From an uncultured Candidatus Cloacimonadota bacterium (GTDB lineage: Bacteria > Cloacimonadota > Cloacimonadia > Cloacimonadales > Cloacimonadaceae), in contig CAYVXJ010000009.1 in NCBI GenBank assembly GCA_964454815.1, positions 29,775 through 93,774 of the forward strand: a DNA stretch of 64,000 bases, written 5' to 3'. This document shows, one piece after another, positions 18,313 to 26,210 of the stretch (position 1 is the first letter of the stretch; each line of letters begins with the position of its first letter). The notes beneath the pieces were generated by a model. That model worked only from the letters and a program-made list of their open reading frames with translations, was not told where the DNA came from and ran no database searches. Position numbers and translations under genes: made by a program.

Positions 18313-18515
18313 TCTCTTAAGCCTTACCTAAGCATTCCCGCATAAAGCGCGTGTGACTCCCGTGTGATTCCCGCGTGCTCACGCGGGAGTCACGCGGGCT
18401 TCACGCGGGGATCACGCGGGAATCTCTTGGTGATGGTCTGAAATTTCGCTGATCTTTCTCAGGTCTTCCTCAGATCGCGATGAGGGAGTCATCTGGGAGT
18501 CATGAGAGGAAGACC
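18313..18515 (+). repeat. Composite intergenic element, copy 2 (canonical orientation on plus strand)
   Basis: CTTAAGCCTTACCTAAG box, dyad 18348-18424 (CCCGTGTGA units facing 4 x TCACGCGGG), AATCTCTTGGTGATGGTCTGA linker, then a GTCATCTGGGA/GTCATGAGAGG array. Confidence 0.85.
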
Positions 18516-18726
18516 TGTGAATCTGACCGGCGATCCCGGGGCGATCGATGCAGATCTTGCGTGGATCTCGAGACGTGGCTGTGAGCCAATGCACAAGTTT
18601 TCCTGATAGTTGCGCAAGAATCTGCTTGACATTTTTTGCTGTATCAGAATTACTAAGAAAAGAAGCAAGATAGGTGTTTTATACTTTTACGGCTTAGTAC
18701 AATGGTTTTATATAGGAGATGTGGAT

Positions 18727-19983
18727 ATGAATCGGTCAGGTTTGATCAGGCTTTGTATGGTAGTGACACTATTAGCAAGTTGCACCCTTGCGAGGGCAGT
18801 TGAGCGGAGTGTTTACAAGCGGCTTAGCTCTACGCATTACGAGTATTACTCTTCGCTCGATGATGCCGGTGGAGCTTCTGATGTTCAATACTACTATACT
18901 AGCCCGAATTCTATGCTGCTTGGTTCTGTGACATACCATGCTGTATCGGATCTCGAGGGTGAGACTAATCTTGCCTATAACTTCCAAAGCTCTATTACCA
19001 ATACTCCATCCGGACGGCAGGTAGATTACTTCGCTACTCCGATCGGGGATGGCATTAGCGCTTTCTCTCTGATGTATGTCCTGGACAGTCAGAACCGAGT
19101 GTTACATAGCAGACACATCGACTATGGAGCTTCCCCGGAGGATACAGTCAGTGTGTCTGAGATCTTCCGGCGTTATAATGCATACGGCTACGCCGATAGC
19201 ATCTATAGCGTTAGTCGGACAGGTAATGAGACCTTTGAAAGCTGCAGTGTAAGCAGTTTTAACAATTCAATGTTATCGGCAACCACTTTGTTCTATAAGA
19301 ATAATGGGGCGTGGAAACCATCCTGGCGATATACATTCTCATATCCGAGCAACCCGACCGTATTGCCGGAGTTTATCCGCTGGGACAATCTGAGCAATCA
19401 AATCCTCTTCGAATCGATCAGTTCTTACGCCTCTGCCTATAACCCCAAAGTCATCCCTTCCGAGATAGTATTTGAGGTTCGTGACAATGGGGTTTGGACT
19501 GAGATCAACGGCGAGCGCATGTTCCAGACATTAGTTGATGGCGTTGTCTTAATGAGGTTCAGTTCACAGTTGTTGTCCGGCTCGGGATCCTACCGTGCAA
19601 ATCAATCCGGGGATATTATCGGTTATTCAGATGGTTGGAGCTATGGGATGGATCATGGATCACGCACTTACGCAATAAACTGGGAATCTGTAGTGTTAAA
19701 TGACGAGGAAGAGGTCATCGCAATAGATCCTTTGCCGCGTGCATACCCCAATCCCTTCAAGGAATCAACCATGATCAGGCTGGAAAATAGCTCGAAGTTC
19801 GGTTCGAAGGTATCGATCTACAATCTGCGGGGACAGCTTGTCCGGCAATGGGATAATGTGTGGGGTAACGAAGTCTTTTGGGATGGCAAAGACGGAAGGT
19901 CTATGGCTGTGCCAAGCGGAGTATATCTGATCAAATATGAGGCAGATGAGAAGGTTCGTTCCGTCAAGGTTATGCGGTACTAA
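18727..19983 (+). CDS. Secreted hypothetical protein with T9SS C-terminal sorting domain (paralog A)
   Basis: AGGAG 8 nt upstream of ATG 18727. Signal peptide MNRSGLIRLCMVVTLLASCTLARA. CTD is YPNPFKESTMI...IYNLRGQLV...GVYLIKY. No recognisable catalytic motif. Confidence 0.7.
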   Translation: MNRSGLIRLCMVVTLLASCTLARAVERSVYKRLSSTHYEYYSSLDDAGGASDVQYYYTSPNSMLLGSVTYHAVSDLEGETNLAYNFQSSITNTPSGRQVDYFATPIGDGISAFSLMYVLDSQNRVLHSRHIDYGASPEDTVSVSEIFRRYNAYGYADSIYSVSRTGNETFESCSVSSFNNSMLSATTLFYKNNGAWKPSWRYTFSYPSNPTVLPEFIRWDNLSNQILFESISSYASAYNPKVIPSEIVFEVRDNGVWTEINGERMFQTLVDGVVLMRFSSQLLSGSGSYRANQSGDIIGYSDGWSYGMDHGSRTYAINWESVVLNDEEEVIAIDPLPRAYPNPFKESTMIRLENSSKFGSKVSIYNLRGQLVRQWDNVWGNEVFWDGKDGRSMAVPSGVYLIKYEADEKVRSVKVMRY

Positions 19984-20045
19984 GGTAAGTAGCTTACTGT
20001 TTTATACTATACAGTATTAGGTCTTTTATGAAAGGAGAAGTTATT

Positions 20046-21299
20046 ATGAAAGGATCAGGTTTGATAAAGATCTGGCTATCACTTGTGATAGTCATCAGTT
20101 CTACATACTTGATAGGCACTGAGAGAAGTGTTTATAAGAGACTTGTGATGTATTTGAAAAGCTCAAACTCGTCTTTAATGGGAAGTTGGGGAACTGATAC
20201 GTTCTATAACTACTTGAATGGCAATTCAATTCTCGTTAGCTCCTCAGTTATCAACACATATTCGGACATTGAGGGTAATAATTCGACATCGTATGAGATT
20301 CAGAGCTCGATAATCGAAAATGAAACCGGACGACAGATAGACTATACTGCTACTATCGCGGGTGAGGCAGAGCCGGATTACACATATATGTTCATCTTGG
20401 ATCGACAGAGCAGAGTAGTCCAAAGCCGGTACTTTCACGATTCAAATCCTGTGTATCCGTCTACAACAACCCGGGATATCTTCCGTCGATATAACGCTGC
20501 AGGATACGCAGATAGCGTGTATGCCAAGCATACAATCGGGACGACCGTCTATGAACAGTATTTCAAGCGCAACTTCGTAGATTCCATGCTGCACAACTGC
20601 TTGGTCTATTACAGAACAACAGGTGAGTGGATCCCCCAATACAGATATACATTCACGTATGCGGCTAATCCCGTTGTTCTACCTGAACTCGTCCGTTGGG
20701 ATTCACTTATCAACCAGACAATGAATGCGGATTTTCTATACTACGAGCAATGCTTTAATCCGAAAGTACTACCATCGTTTATATTGCGGGAACAGAAGAC
20801 TGGCGGTGTCTGGTATGTCGATGATTCTGTTCAATACACCGAGCAGCTTGATGGTAATCGGGTAATCATGTCCGGTCAAGCATCGACAGGTATGAGCGTT
20901 TCAACTATTACGGCAAATTCAGCAGGAGATATAATCATGATATCAAGCTCCTGGTCTGATATTGATGAAGCCGGAGGAAGCTCCAATGCTATGTATTGGG
21001 ATTCAGTCGTCGCGAACGATGACGACACAGCTCCAGAAGTCAATCCCACGCTCTGCGCATATCCTAATCCGTTCCGGGGATCGACCATGATATCTGTTGG
21101 AAAGGAGTCTTTAGCCGGATCGGAGATCGCGATCTATAACCTGCGTGGGCAGCTTGTACGAAGCTGGAAAGACTTGCGGACAGATGATATCACGTGGGAT
21201 GGTAAGGATGAGAGGTCAATGGATGTACCGAGTGGAGTGTATTTGATCAAGTACAGCAAGGGTTCACAAGCGCAGGTTGGAAAGATCTTGCGATACTGA
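20046..21299 (+). CDS. Secreted hypothetical protein with T9SS C-terminal sorting domain (paralog B)
   Basis: AGGAG at 20033-20037, 8 nt before ATG 20046. Shares ERSVYKRL, FRRYNA-GYADS-Y and LPE-IRWD blocks and the CTD with 18727-19983. Confidence 0.7.
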   Translation: MKGSGLIKIWLSLVIVISSTYLIGTERSVYKRLVMYLKSSNSSLMGSWGTDTFYNYLNGNSILVSSSVINTYSDIEGNNSTSYEIQSSIIENETGRQIDYTATIAGEAEPDYTYMFILDRQSRVVQSRYFHDSNPVYPSTTTRDIFRRYNAAGYADSVYAKHTIGTTVYEQYFKRNFVDSMLHNCLVYYRTTGEWIPQYRYTFTYAANPVVLPELVRWDSLINQTMNADFLYYEQCFNPKVLPSFILREQKTGGVWYVDDSVQYTEQLDGNRVIMSGQASTGMSVSTITANSAGDIIMISSSWSDIDEAGGSSNAMYWDSVVANDDDTAPEVNPTLCAYPNPFRGSTMISVGKESLAGSEIAIYNLRGQLVRSWKDLRTDDITWDGKDERSMDVPSGVYLIKYSKGSQAQVGKILRY

Positions 21300-21353
21300 G
21301 ATATGCTGTATGAGTAAACGAACTTTAGGATAAGTTCTTTCGAGCAGCGAAAA

Positions 21354-21377
21354 AGCGGGATGATAACTCATCCCGCT
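21354..21377. terminator. Bidirectional terminator hairpin
   Basis: AGCGGGATGA-TAAC-TCATCCCGCT, flanked by an A5 run on one side and T-rich sequence on the other. Sits between convergent genes ending at 21299 and 21408. Confidence 0.7.
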
Positions 21378-21407
21378 TCCTGTTTCTGTTATATTATTGC
21401 GACTTGT

Positions 21408-21845
21408 TTATTCCGGTTTCTGCGCCGGAGCATTGATCATCCAATTGATCCCGAATTTATCGGTCAGACCACCAAAGTAGTCTCCCCAGAATACTTCCGC
21501 GAGGGGCATGTTGACCGTAGCGCCGACAGAGAGCTTTGCCCAGATCTTGTCCACTTCTTCTTTGGAATCTGCCGTGATCATCAGGGAGATGTTATTGCCA
21601 AAGCTTGCCACTCCGCCGAATTCGGGAGCGGTGTCTGAACCCATGAGCACGGTCTCTTTGCTGATGGGCAGGCTCATGTGCATAATGAGCTGACCAAGCT
21701 CTTCGCTCACGGGATGCTGGGGATCAGCAGGCATGTCTTTGAAACGCCCGACGTAGGGGAAGTCGCCTCCGAAGACGTCTTTGTAAAACTCAAAAGCTTC
21801 CAGGCAATTGCCGTTGAAATTGAGGTAAGGATTTATCTTAATCAT
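21408..21845 (-). CDS. VOC-family (glyoxalase/PhnB-like) protein
   Basis: The N-terminus MIKINPYLNFNGNCLEAFEFYKDVFGG and the about 145-aa size are typical of PhnB/YjdN-like VOC proteins. Confidence 0.7.
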   Translation of the reverse strand: MIKINPYLNFNGNCLEAFEFYKDVFGGDFPYVGRFKDMPADPQHPVSEELGQLIMHMSLPISKETVLMGSDTAPEFGGVASFGNNISLMITADSKEEVDKIWAKLSVGATVNMPLAEVFWGDYFGGLTDKFGINWMINAPAQKPE

Positions 21846-21938
21846 TGTTTACTCCAGGTAAGTATTTAGGGATAATCTAACTGGATTTCAGTCCTGACAA
21901 AGTCATAATTCTATATCACCGAATAATGCCTAAAACAA

Positions 21939-21964
21939 AGAGACCCCGGCAAACCGGGGTCTCT
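21939..21964 (-). terminator. Rho-independent terminator of the V-ATPase operon
   Basis: AGAGACCCCGG-CAAA-CCGGGGTCTCT, an 11-bp stem. On the minus strand it is followed by TTGTTTTA. Confidence 0.8.
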
Positions 21965-22000
21965 TGTATGATAGGTTTTGGTTACTTCAAATAGGTATTA

Positions 22001-22498
22001 TCAGGCGATCGCACCGCTGATAAGGAAGCAGGTAGCAAAGGCGATAATCGCGTAAAGCTCCGGATAAACGGCGAAGATCAGAGTCTTGGTAAAGACGTCG
22101 TTACCGCCACCCATACTCTCGATACCGTTGCAAACGATCTTTGCCTGCTGGATAGCAGAGATCAGACCAACGATGCCCATGATCAAACCGGCACCAAAAA
22201 GGGCACTCGCCTGAAGCATGGTGATGGTAGGGGTGATAATGGTTTGCAGGATGAAGAAAGCACCAAAGCCATAGAGACCTTGGGTTCCCGGCAAAGCTGA
22301 AAGAATCATGCAGTTGGCAAAGATATCGTCTCTTTTCTTCATGGCAGCGACGCTGGCGCTACCACCCATAACTGTTCCGATTGCGCTGCCGATACCGGCA
22401 AGAGCTACCATGAGAAATATTCCGACCCAAGCAAGGATGAACGCAAAGCTGGAACCGGCTACGGCTGTTGTTTGGACTGCAAGTGTTGTTAAAGGCAT
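22001..22498 (-). CDS. atpK: V-type ATPase subunit K (proteolipid, double hairpin)
   Basis: Four hydrophobic helices. LPGTQGLYGF and YPELYAIIAF motifs resemble NtpK. GGGAGG RBS precedes the internal ATG at 22498, which I prefer over 22510. Confidence 0.85.
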   Translation of the reverse strand: MPLTTLAVQTTAVAGSSFAFILAWVGIFLMVALAGIGSAIGTVMGGSASVAAMKKRDDIFANCMILSALPGTQGLYGFGAFFILQTIITPTITMLQASALFGAGLIMGIVGLISAIQQAKIVCNGIESMGGGNDVFTKTLIFAVYPELYAIIAFATCFLISGAIA

Positions 22499-22519
22499 GT
22501 TACCTCCCATTTATCATTA

Positions 22520-24301
22520 TTATTTTGTTTTTCCAAAAGGATGATACTCAATGCCGGGTCCGGAGAAACCGGCGTTCTTAAAGAACTCGACAAAGGTCAG
22601 ACGCATAGGATGGACGAATCCGCCTAAGGCTCCCAAAGCGAGATTTAATGTATGCCCCAAGACCATGAAGATCGGGAAGAGGATATACCCGGCAATCGGG
22701 ATCTTGAGGAAATTGGTAGCAATTGAATTCATCACGAAGCCAAGGATCGCACTCGATACGCCCAGAGCAAAGAGACGAATGTAGGAGAGTATGTCTCCAA
22801 AGAAGCCGGTGACGACGTTGTACATCACCCAAATACCACCGAGGATATTGATGATGATGTTCTTACCCGGAGCATTGAAGAGCATGATCATAGCCAGCCC
22901 GAGATACAAGGGATAGACGGCAAGCTGATGAAGCATTGTCGGCTTTGCTCCCAGAAGGGTAGATCCCATGATCGACAAAGCGAGCAGGAAGAGGAACGTC
23001 CCAAAGGGGGCGATCCCGTGCTTGAAACCGCTTTGACGCACCGCTTTGACTGCGTTGAGGAAGACACCGAAGAGGATCTGGATCGCTCCCAGAAGCAGGG
23101 CGAAGTTGAATATCTGCCCATTCTCGCGGATGATAACAGTCTCCCCGATCCCGGCGATCTTCTTCATGTCAAAGCCGAGGATACTCCCCATGACCCAGCC
23201 CATCAGCACTGCGGATAATCCAAAGAATATAATGAGTTTACCGTAGGCTTTGGTTGCTTCGTTCTTTGCCTTCTTGGTCATAAACCAGCCCGCTGCAATG
23301 ATGATCAAGCCATAAGCCATATCGGCATTGCAAAAGCCGAAGAAGAGCATAAAGAAGGGAGCGAACATCGGAGTCAGGTCCATGTCATTGTAATAAGGGA
23401 GCATGTACATCTTGGCTATAGGCTCAAAGAGCTTGGCAAAGAAGTTGTTCTTTAGCTTGATCGGAGCGTTGTCGTCTGGCTTGGCATCTTCAGAGAAGTA
23501 GATGATCCCGGTCGCATCGAGGAAGCTCTTTAGCTCTTTATCCAACGTGACAGGTATCCAGCCGGTCAGAACCCTGAGGCTATCCTCAGCTTCTTTGTCC
23601 GCTTGAATGATGGCATCTTCAAACTCATACTCGCGCATGAGGGAGGCAATCTCATCCCGGAAGGCGTTGATCGCATACTTAGCGGTAAGTTTGAAGTACT
23701 CATCTATGTCCCGAATCTCGTCTTGGGTCTTCTTTACCAGTTCCTCATAGTCATTTAGAGTGTGATGATGGAAGCTGAAGGTATCTGCTTCTAACTGTGG
23801 GGATTCTCCGGTATAGATGACGGCGAAATAGAGCAAGCCACCGTGTTCGTTGATGATCTCGACGGCATATTTATCCAGCCAATCCTGCTTGAAGTGGTTC
23901 TTCAAGCAAGTGTGGAAATCGATCTTTAGACCGGAACTCTCGATCAGATCGATCATCCGTTGGTCGAAATGCCCCCAAGGCTTGAGGTCCTTGATGTGCT
24001 TTTGCCAGGTCTCGATCTGACGTTGGTGTTTATCCCTCTCCTGCCTTGCCTGAGTGATCTTATTCAGAATGGCTTTGGTCGGCAGGTTTGAGCTTCCGTC
24101 TTCAGGATCCTGTATCTTTTGCAGGAACTTGATCGCTTCAGAATACTCGGCGATGAGTTCCTTGTTTTGGATCATCTTCTCGCTGGTGTCTTTGCGGCTC
24201 TTCTCTATATGAACCATACCCAGTGACTGGAGCTTTTCCAGAAATGCGGTATAGTCCTGATGATAGAGAACAAAGCTGTATTTGCGCATCTTTTCGATCA
24301 T
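22520..24301 (-). CDS. atpI: V-type ATPase subunit I (a-subunit homolog)
   Basis: Soluble coiled N-terminal half plus a polytopic C-terminal half with the conserved SYIRLFALG arginine helix. Operon position supports the call. Confidence 0.85.
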   Translation of the reverse strand: MIEKMRKYSFVLYHQDYTAFLEKLQSLGMVHIEKSRKDTSEKMIQNKELIAEYSEAIKFLQKIQDPEDGSSNLPTKAILNKITQARQERDKHQRQIETWQKHIKDLKPWGHFDQRMIDLIESSGLKIDFHTCLKNHFKQDWLDKYAVEIINEHGGLLYFAVIYTGESPQLEADTFSFHHHTLNDYEELVKKTQDEIRDIDEYFKLTAKYAINAFRDEIASLMREYEFEDAIIQADKEAEDSLRVLTGWIPVTLDKELKSFLDATGIIYFSEDAKPDDNAPIKLKNNFFAKLFEPIAKMYMLPYYNDMDLTPMFAPFFMLFFGFCNADMAYGLIIIAAGWFMTKKAKNEATKAYGKLIIFFGLSAVLMGWVMGSILGFDMKKIAGIGETVIIRENGQIFNFALLLGAIQILFGVFLNAVKAVRQSGFKHGIAPFGTFLFLLALSIMGSTLLGAKPTMLHQLAVYPLYLGLAMIMLFNAPGKNIIINILGGIWVMYNVVTGFFGDILSYIRLFALGVSSAILGFVMNSIATNFLKIPIAGYILFPIFMVLGHTLNLALGALGGFVHPMRLTFVEFFKNAGFSGPGIEYHPFGKTK

Positions 24302-24897
24302 GCTGACACCTCGTTGTTCATCCTGTTCTTGAGGATCTTTTGCCCGGCTTTGGAAAGGTTTTCCTCATCCTCCAGGAAGCGCTTGATCTTCAGGATACCT
24401 TCTTCGAATGCGGGGATCTGTACCTTTTCATAGAGGTTCACCTTTTGGGTCGTCTTTTTACGGACGTTCTCCAATATCTGCATCTTGCGGAAGAAGAACT
24501 GACGTTCGATCTGAAGGTTTGAGACTTCCTTGAGCAATTGCACCCCTTCCAAGAACCAGGTCGGAGCCCGGAAGAGATTGAATTCGCTTATTTCGTAGTC
24601 GATCCTGCCCAAGACGGGAGTCTTGACCCCGGCTATTTTACGGGTAATGATCTCCACATCCTTGATCCGTACCAAGGAGGGGTCAAACTCGCAAAAGAGC
24701 TTCATAAACTCGTTCAATTCATCATAGCGTTGCTTTACCTTGTTCTCCAGTTCATGCACGGCATCCCTCGCCCGCTTCACCTCAAGACGTAAGGCACTTT
24801 CCTTGTTCTTCAGGGTAGGCAGGGCTTTGATCCGCACCTTGAGCTGCTTGTTCAAGTCTTGCAGCGCTGTTTTATTGTATTGAAACTTTAGTGTCAT
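24298..24897 (-). CDS. atpD: V-type ATPase subunit D
   Basis: About 200 aa, coiled-coil, located between B and I. ATG 24897 lies 3 nt after the B-subunit stop codon; the ORF track starts at TTG 24909. Confidence 0.75.
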   Translation of the reverse strand: MTLKFQYNKTALQDLNKQLKVRIKALPTLKNKESALRLEVKRARDAVHELENKVKQRYDELNEFMKLFCEFDPSLVRIKDVEIITRKIAGVKTPVLGRIDYEISEFNLFRAPTWFLEGVQLLKEVSNLQIERQFFFRKMQILENVRKKTTQKVNLYEKVQIPAFEEGILKIKRFLEDEENLSKAGQKILKNRMNNEVSA

Positions 24898-24899
24898 CG

Positions 24900-26210
24900 T
24901 TATTTCCAATAAAGATTCATGAACTCTTCTTTGATGCCTATCTCAGCACGGTTAAAGAACTCCTGGAACAGTGCCCAGGTCGTATCGAGCATTTTATCGA
25001 TATCGATGTTCACATCTATCGCCAGGATCTTGTCCGAATACTTATGCGCGAACTTCAGCACGCGTTCGTCGTAATCCGAAAGGTCGAAGCCGTTCTCCAG
25101 TTTTGTCTTGGCGTTTGCCGCATCGGAATAGAGACGCACAGCAGTGTTCATCACCTGAGGATGATCCGGACGGGTCTTTTTACCGATCACGAGCTGTTTC
25201 AGACGGGACAGAGAGCGGAACGGATCGACGATAACCTTGGAGATATCGGTATCACGACGGAGGTAAAGCTGACCTTCGGTGATATACCCGGTATTATCCG
25301 GGATAGCGTGCGTGATGTCTCCGCCGGACAATGTCGTCACTGCGACGATGGTAATAGAACCGCCATCGGGGAACTGCACTGCCTTCTCGTATAGCTTTGC
25401 CAGGTCAGAATAGAGCGAACCGGGCATACTATCTTTGGAGGGGATCTGATCCATGCGGTTGGAAACGATGGAAAGCGCGTCGCAATAGAGCGTCATATCA
25501 GACAAAAGGACAAGAACCTTTTCCTTCTTCTCCAACGCGAAATACTCGGCAGCGGTCAGAGCCATGTTTGGCACTAAAAGACGCTCAACGGGCGGATTCT
25601 CCGTCGTATTCACGAAAGAGACTATCCTATCGATCACACCTGCGTTCTCGAAGGCATTCTTGTAATAGAGATAGTCGTCATTGGAAAGACCCATACCGCC
25701 AAGGATGATCTTGTCCGCATTGGCACGCAGAGCCACCATCGCCATGACTTGGTTATAAGGCTGGTCAGGATCGGCGAAGAAGGGTATCTTTTGCCCGGTC
25801 ACGAGGGTGTTGTTCAAGTCAATACCGGCGATACCCGTTGCAATGAGCTCAGAGGGTTGTTTACGGCGAACGGGGTTCACGGACGGACCACCGATCTCCA
25901 CTTCAGTACCTTCGACTGCCGGACCACCATCGATCGGCTCTCCATAGGCGTTGAAGAAACGCCCGGCGAGCTCTTCCCCTACCTTTAGCACCGGAGGTTT
26001 GCCAAAGAATACTACTTCGGCATCTGTCCCGATACCTTCCGTTCCGGAGAATATCTGCAGGGTGACCGTATCACCGATGATCTTCACGACCTGAGCAAGA
26101 CGTCCATCGACGATGGCAAGCTCTTCGTTCCCGATCCCGGTGGCACTGACCGAACAGGTGGCTTTGGTTATCTGATTTAGCTTGGTATATATCTTTTGAA
26201 AAGCGGTCAT
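24900..26210 (-). CDS. atpB: V-type ATPase subunit B
   Basis: Non-catalytic A/B-family sequence (…VLVLLSDMT…, SITIVAVTTLSGGDITH). ATGA overlap with A. Confidence 0.9.
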   Translation of the reverse strand: MTAFQKIYTKLNQITKATCSVSATGIGNEELAIVDGRLAQVVKIIGDTVTLQIFSGTEGIGTDAEVVFFGKPPVLKVGEELAGRFFNAYGEPIDGGPAVEGTEVEIGGPSVNPVRRKQPSELIATGIAGIDLNNTLVTGQKIPFFADPDQPYNQVMAMVALRANADKIILGGMGLSNDDYLYYKNAFENAGVIDRIVSFVNTTENPPVERLLVPNMALTAAEYFALEKKEKVLVLLSDMTLYCDALSIVSNRMDQIPSKDSMPGSLYSDLAKLYEKAVQFPDGGSITIVAVTTLSGGDITHAIPDNTGYITEGQLYLRRDTDISKVIVDPFRSLSRLKQLVIGKKTRPDHPQVMNTAVRLYSDAANAKTKLENGFDLSDYDERVLKFAHKYSDKILAIDVNIDIDKMLDTTWALFQEFFNRAEIGIKEEFMNLYWK

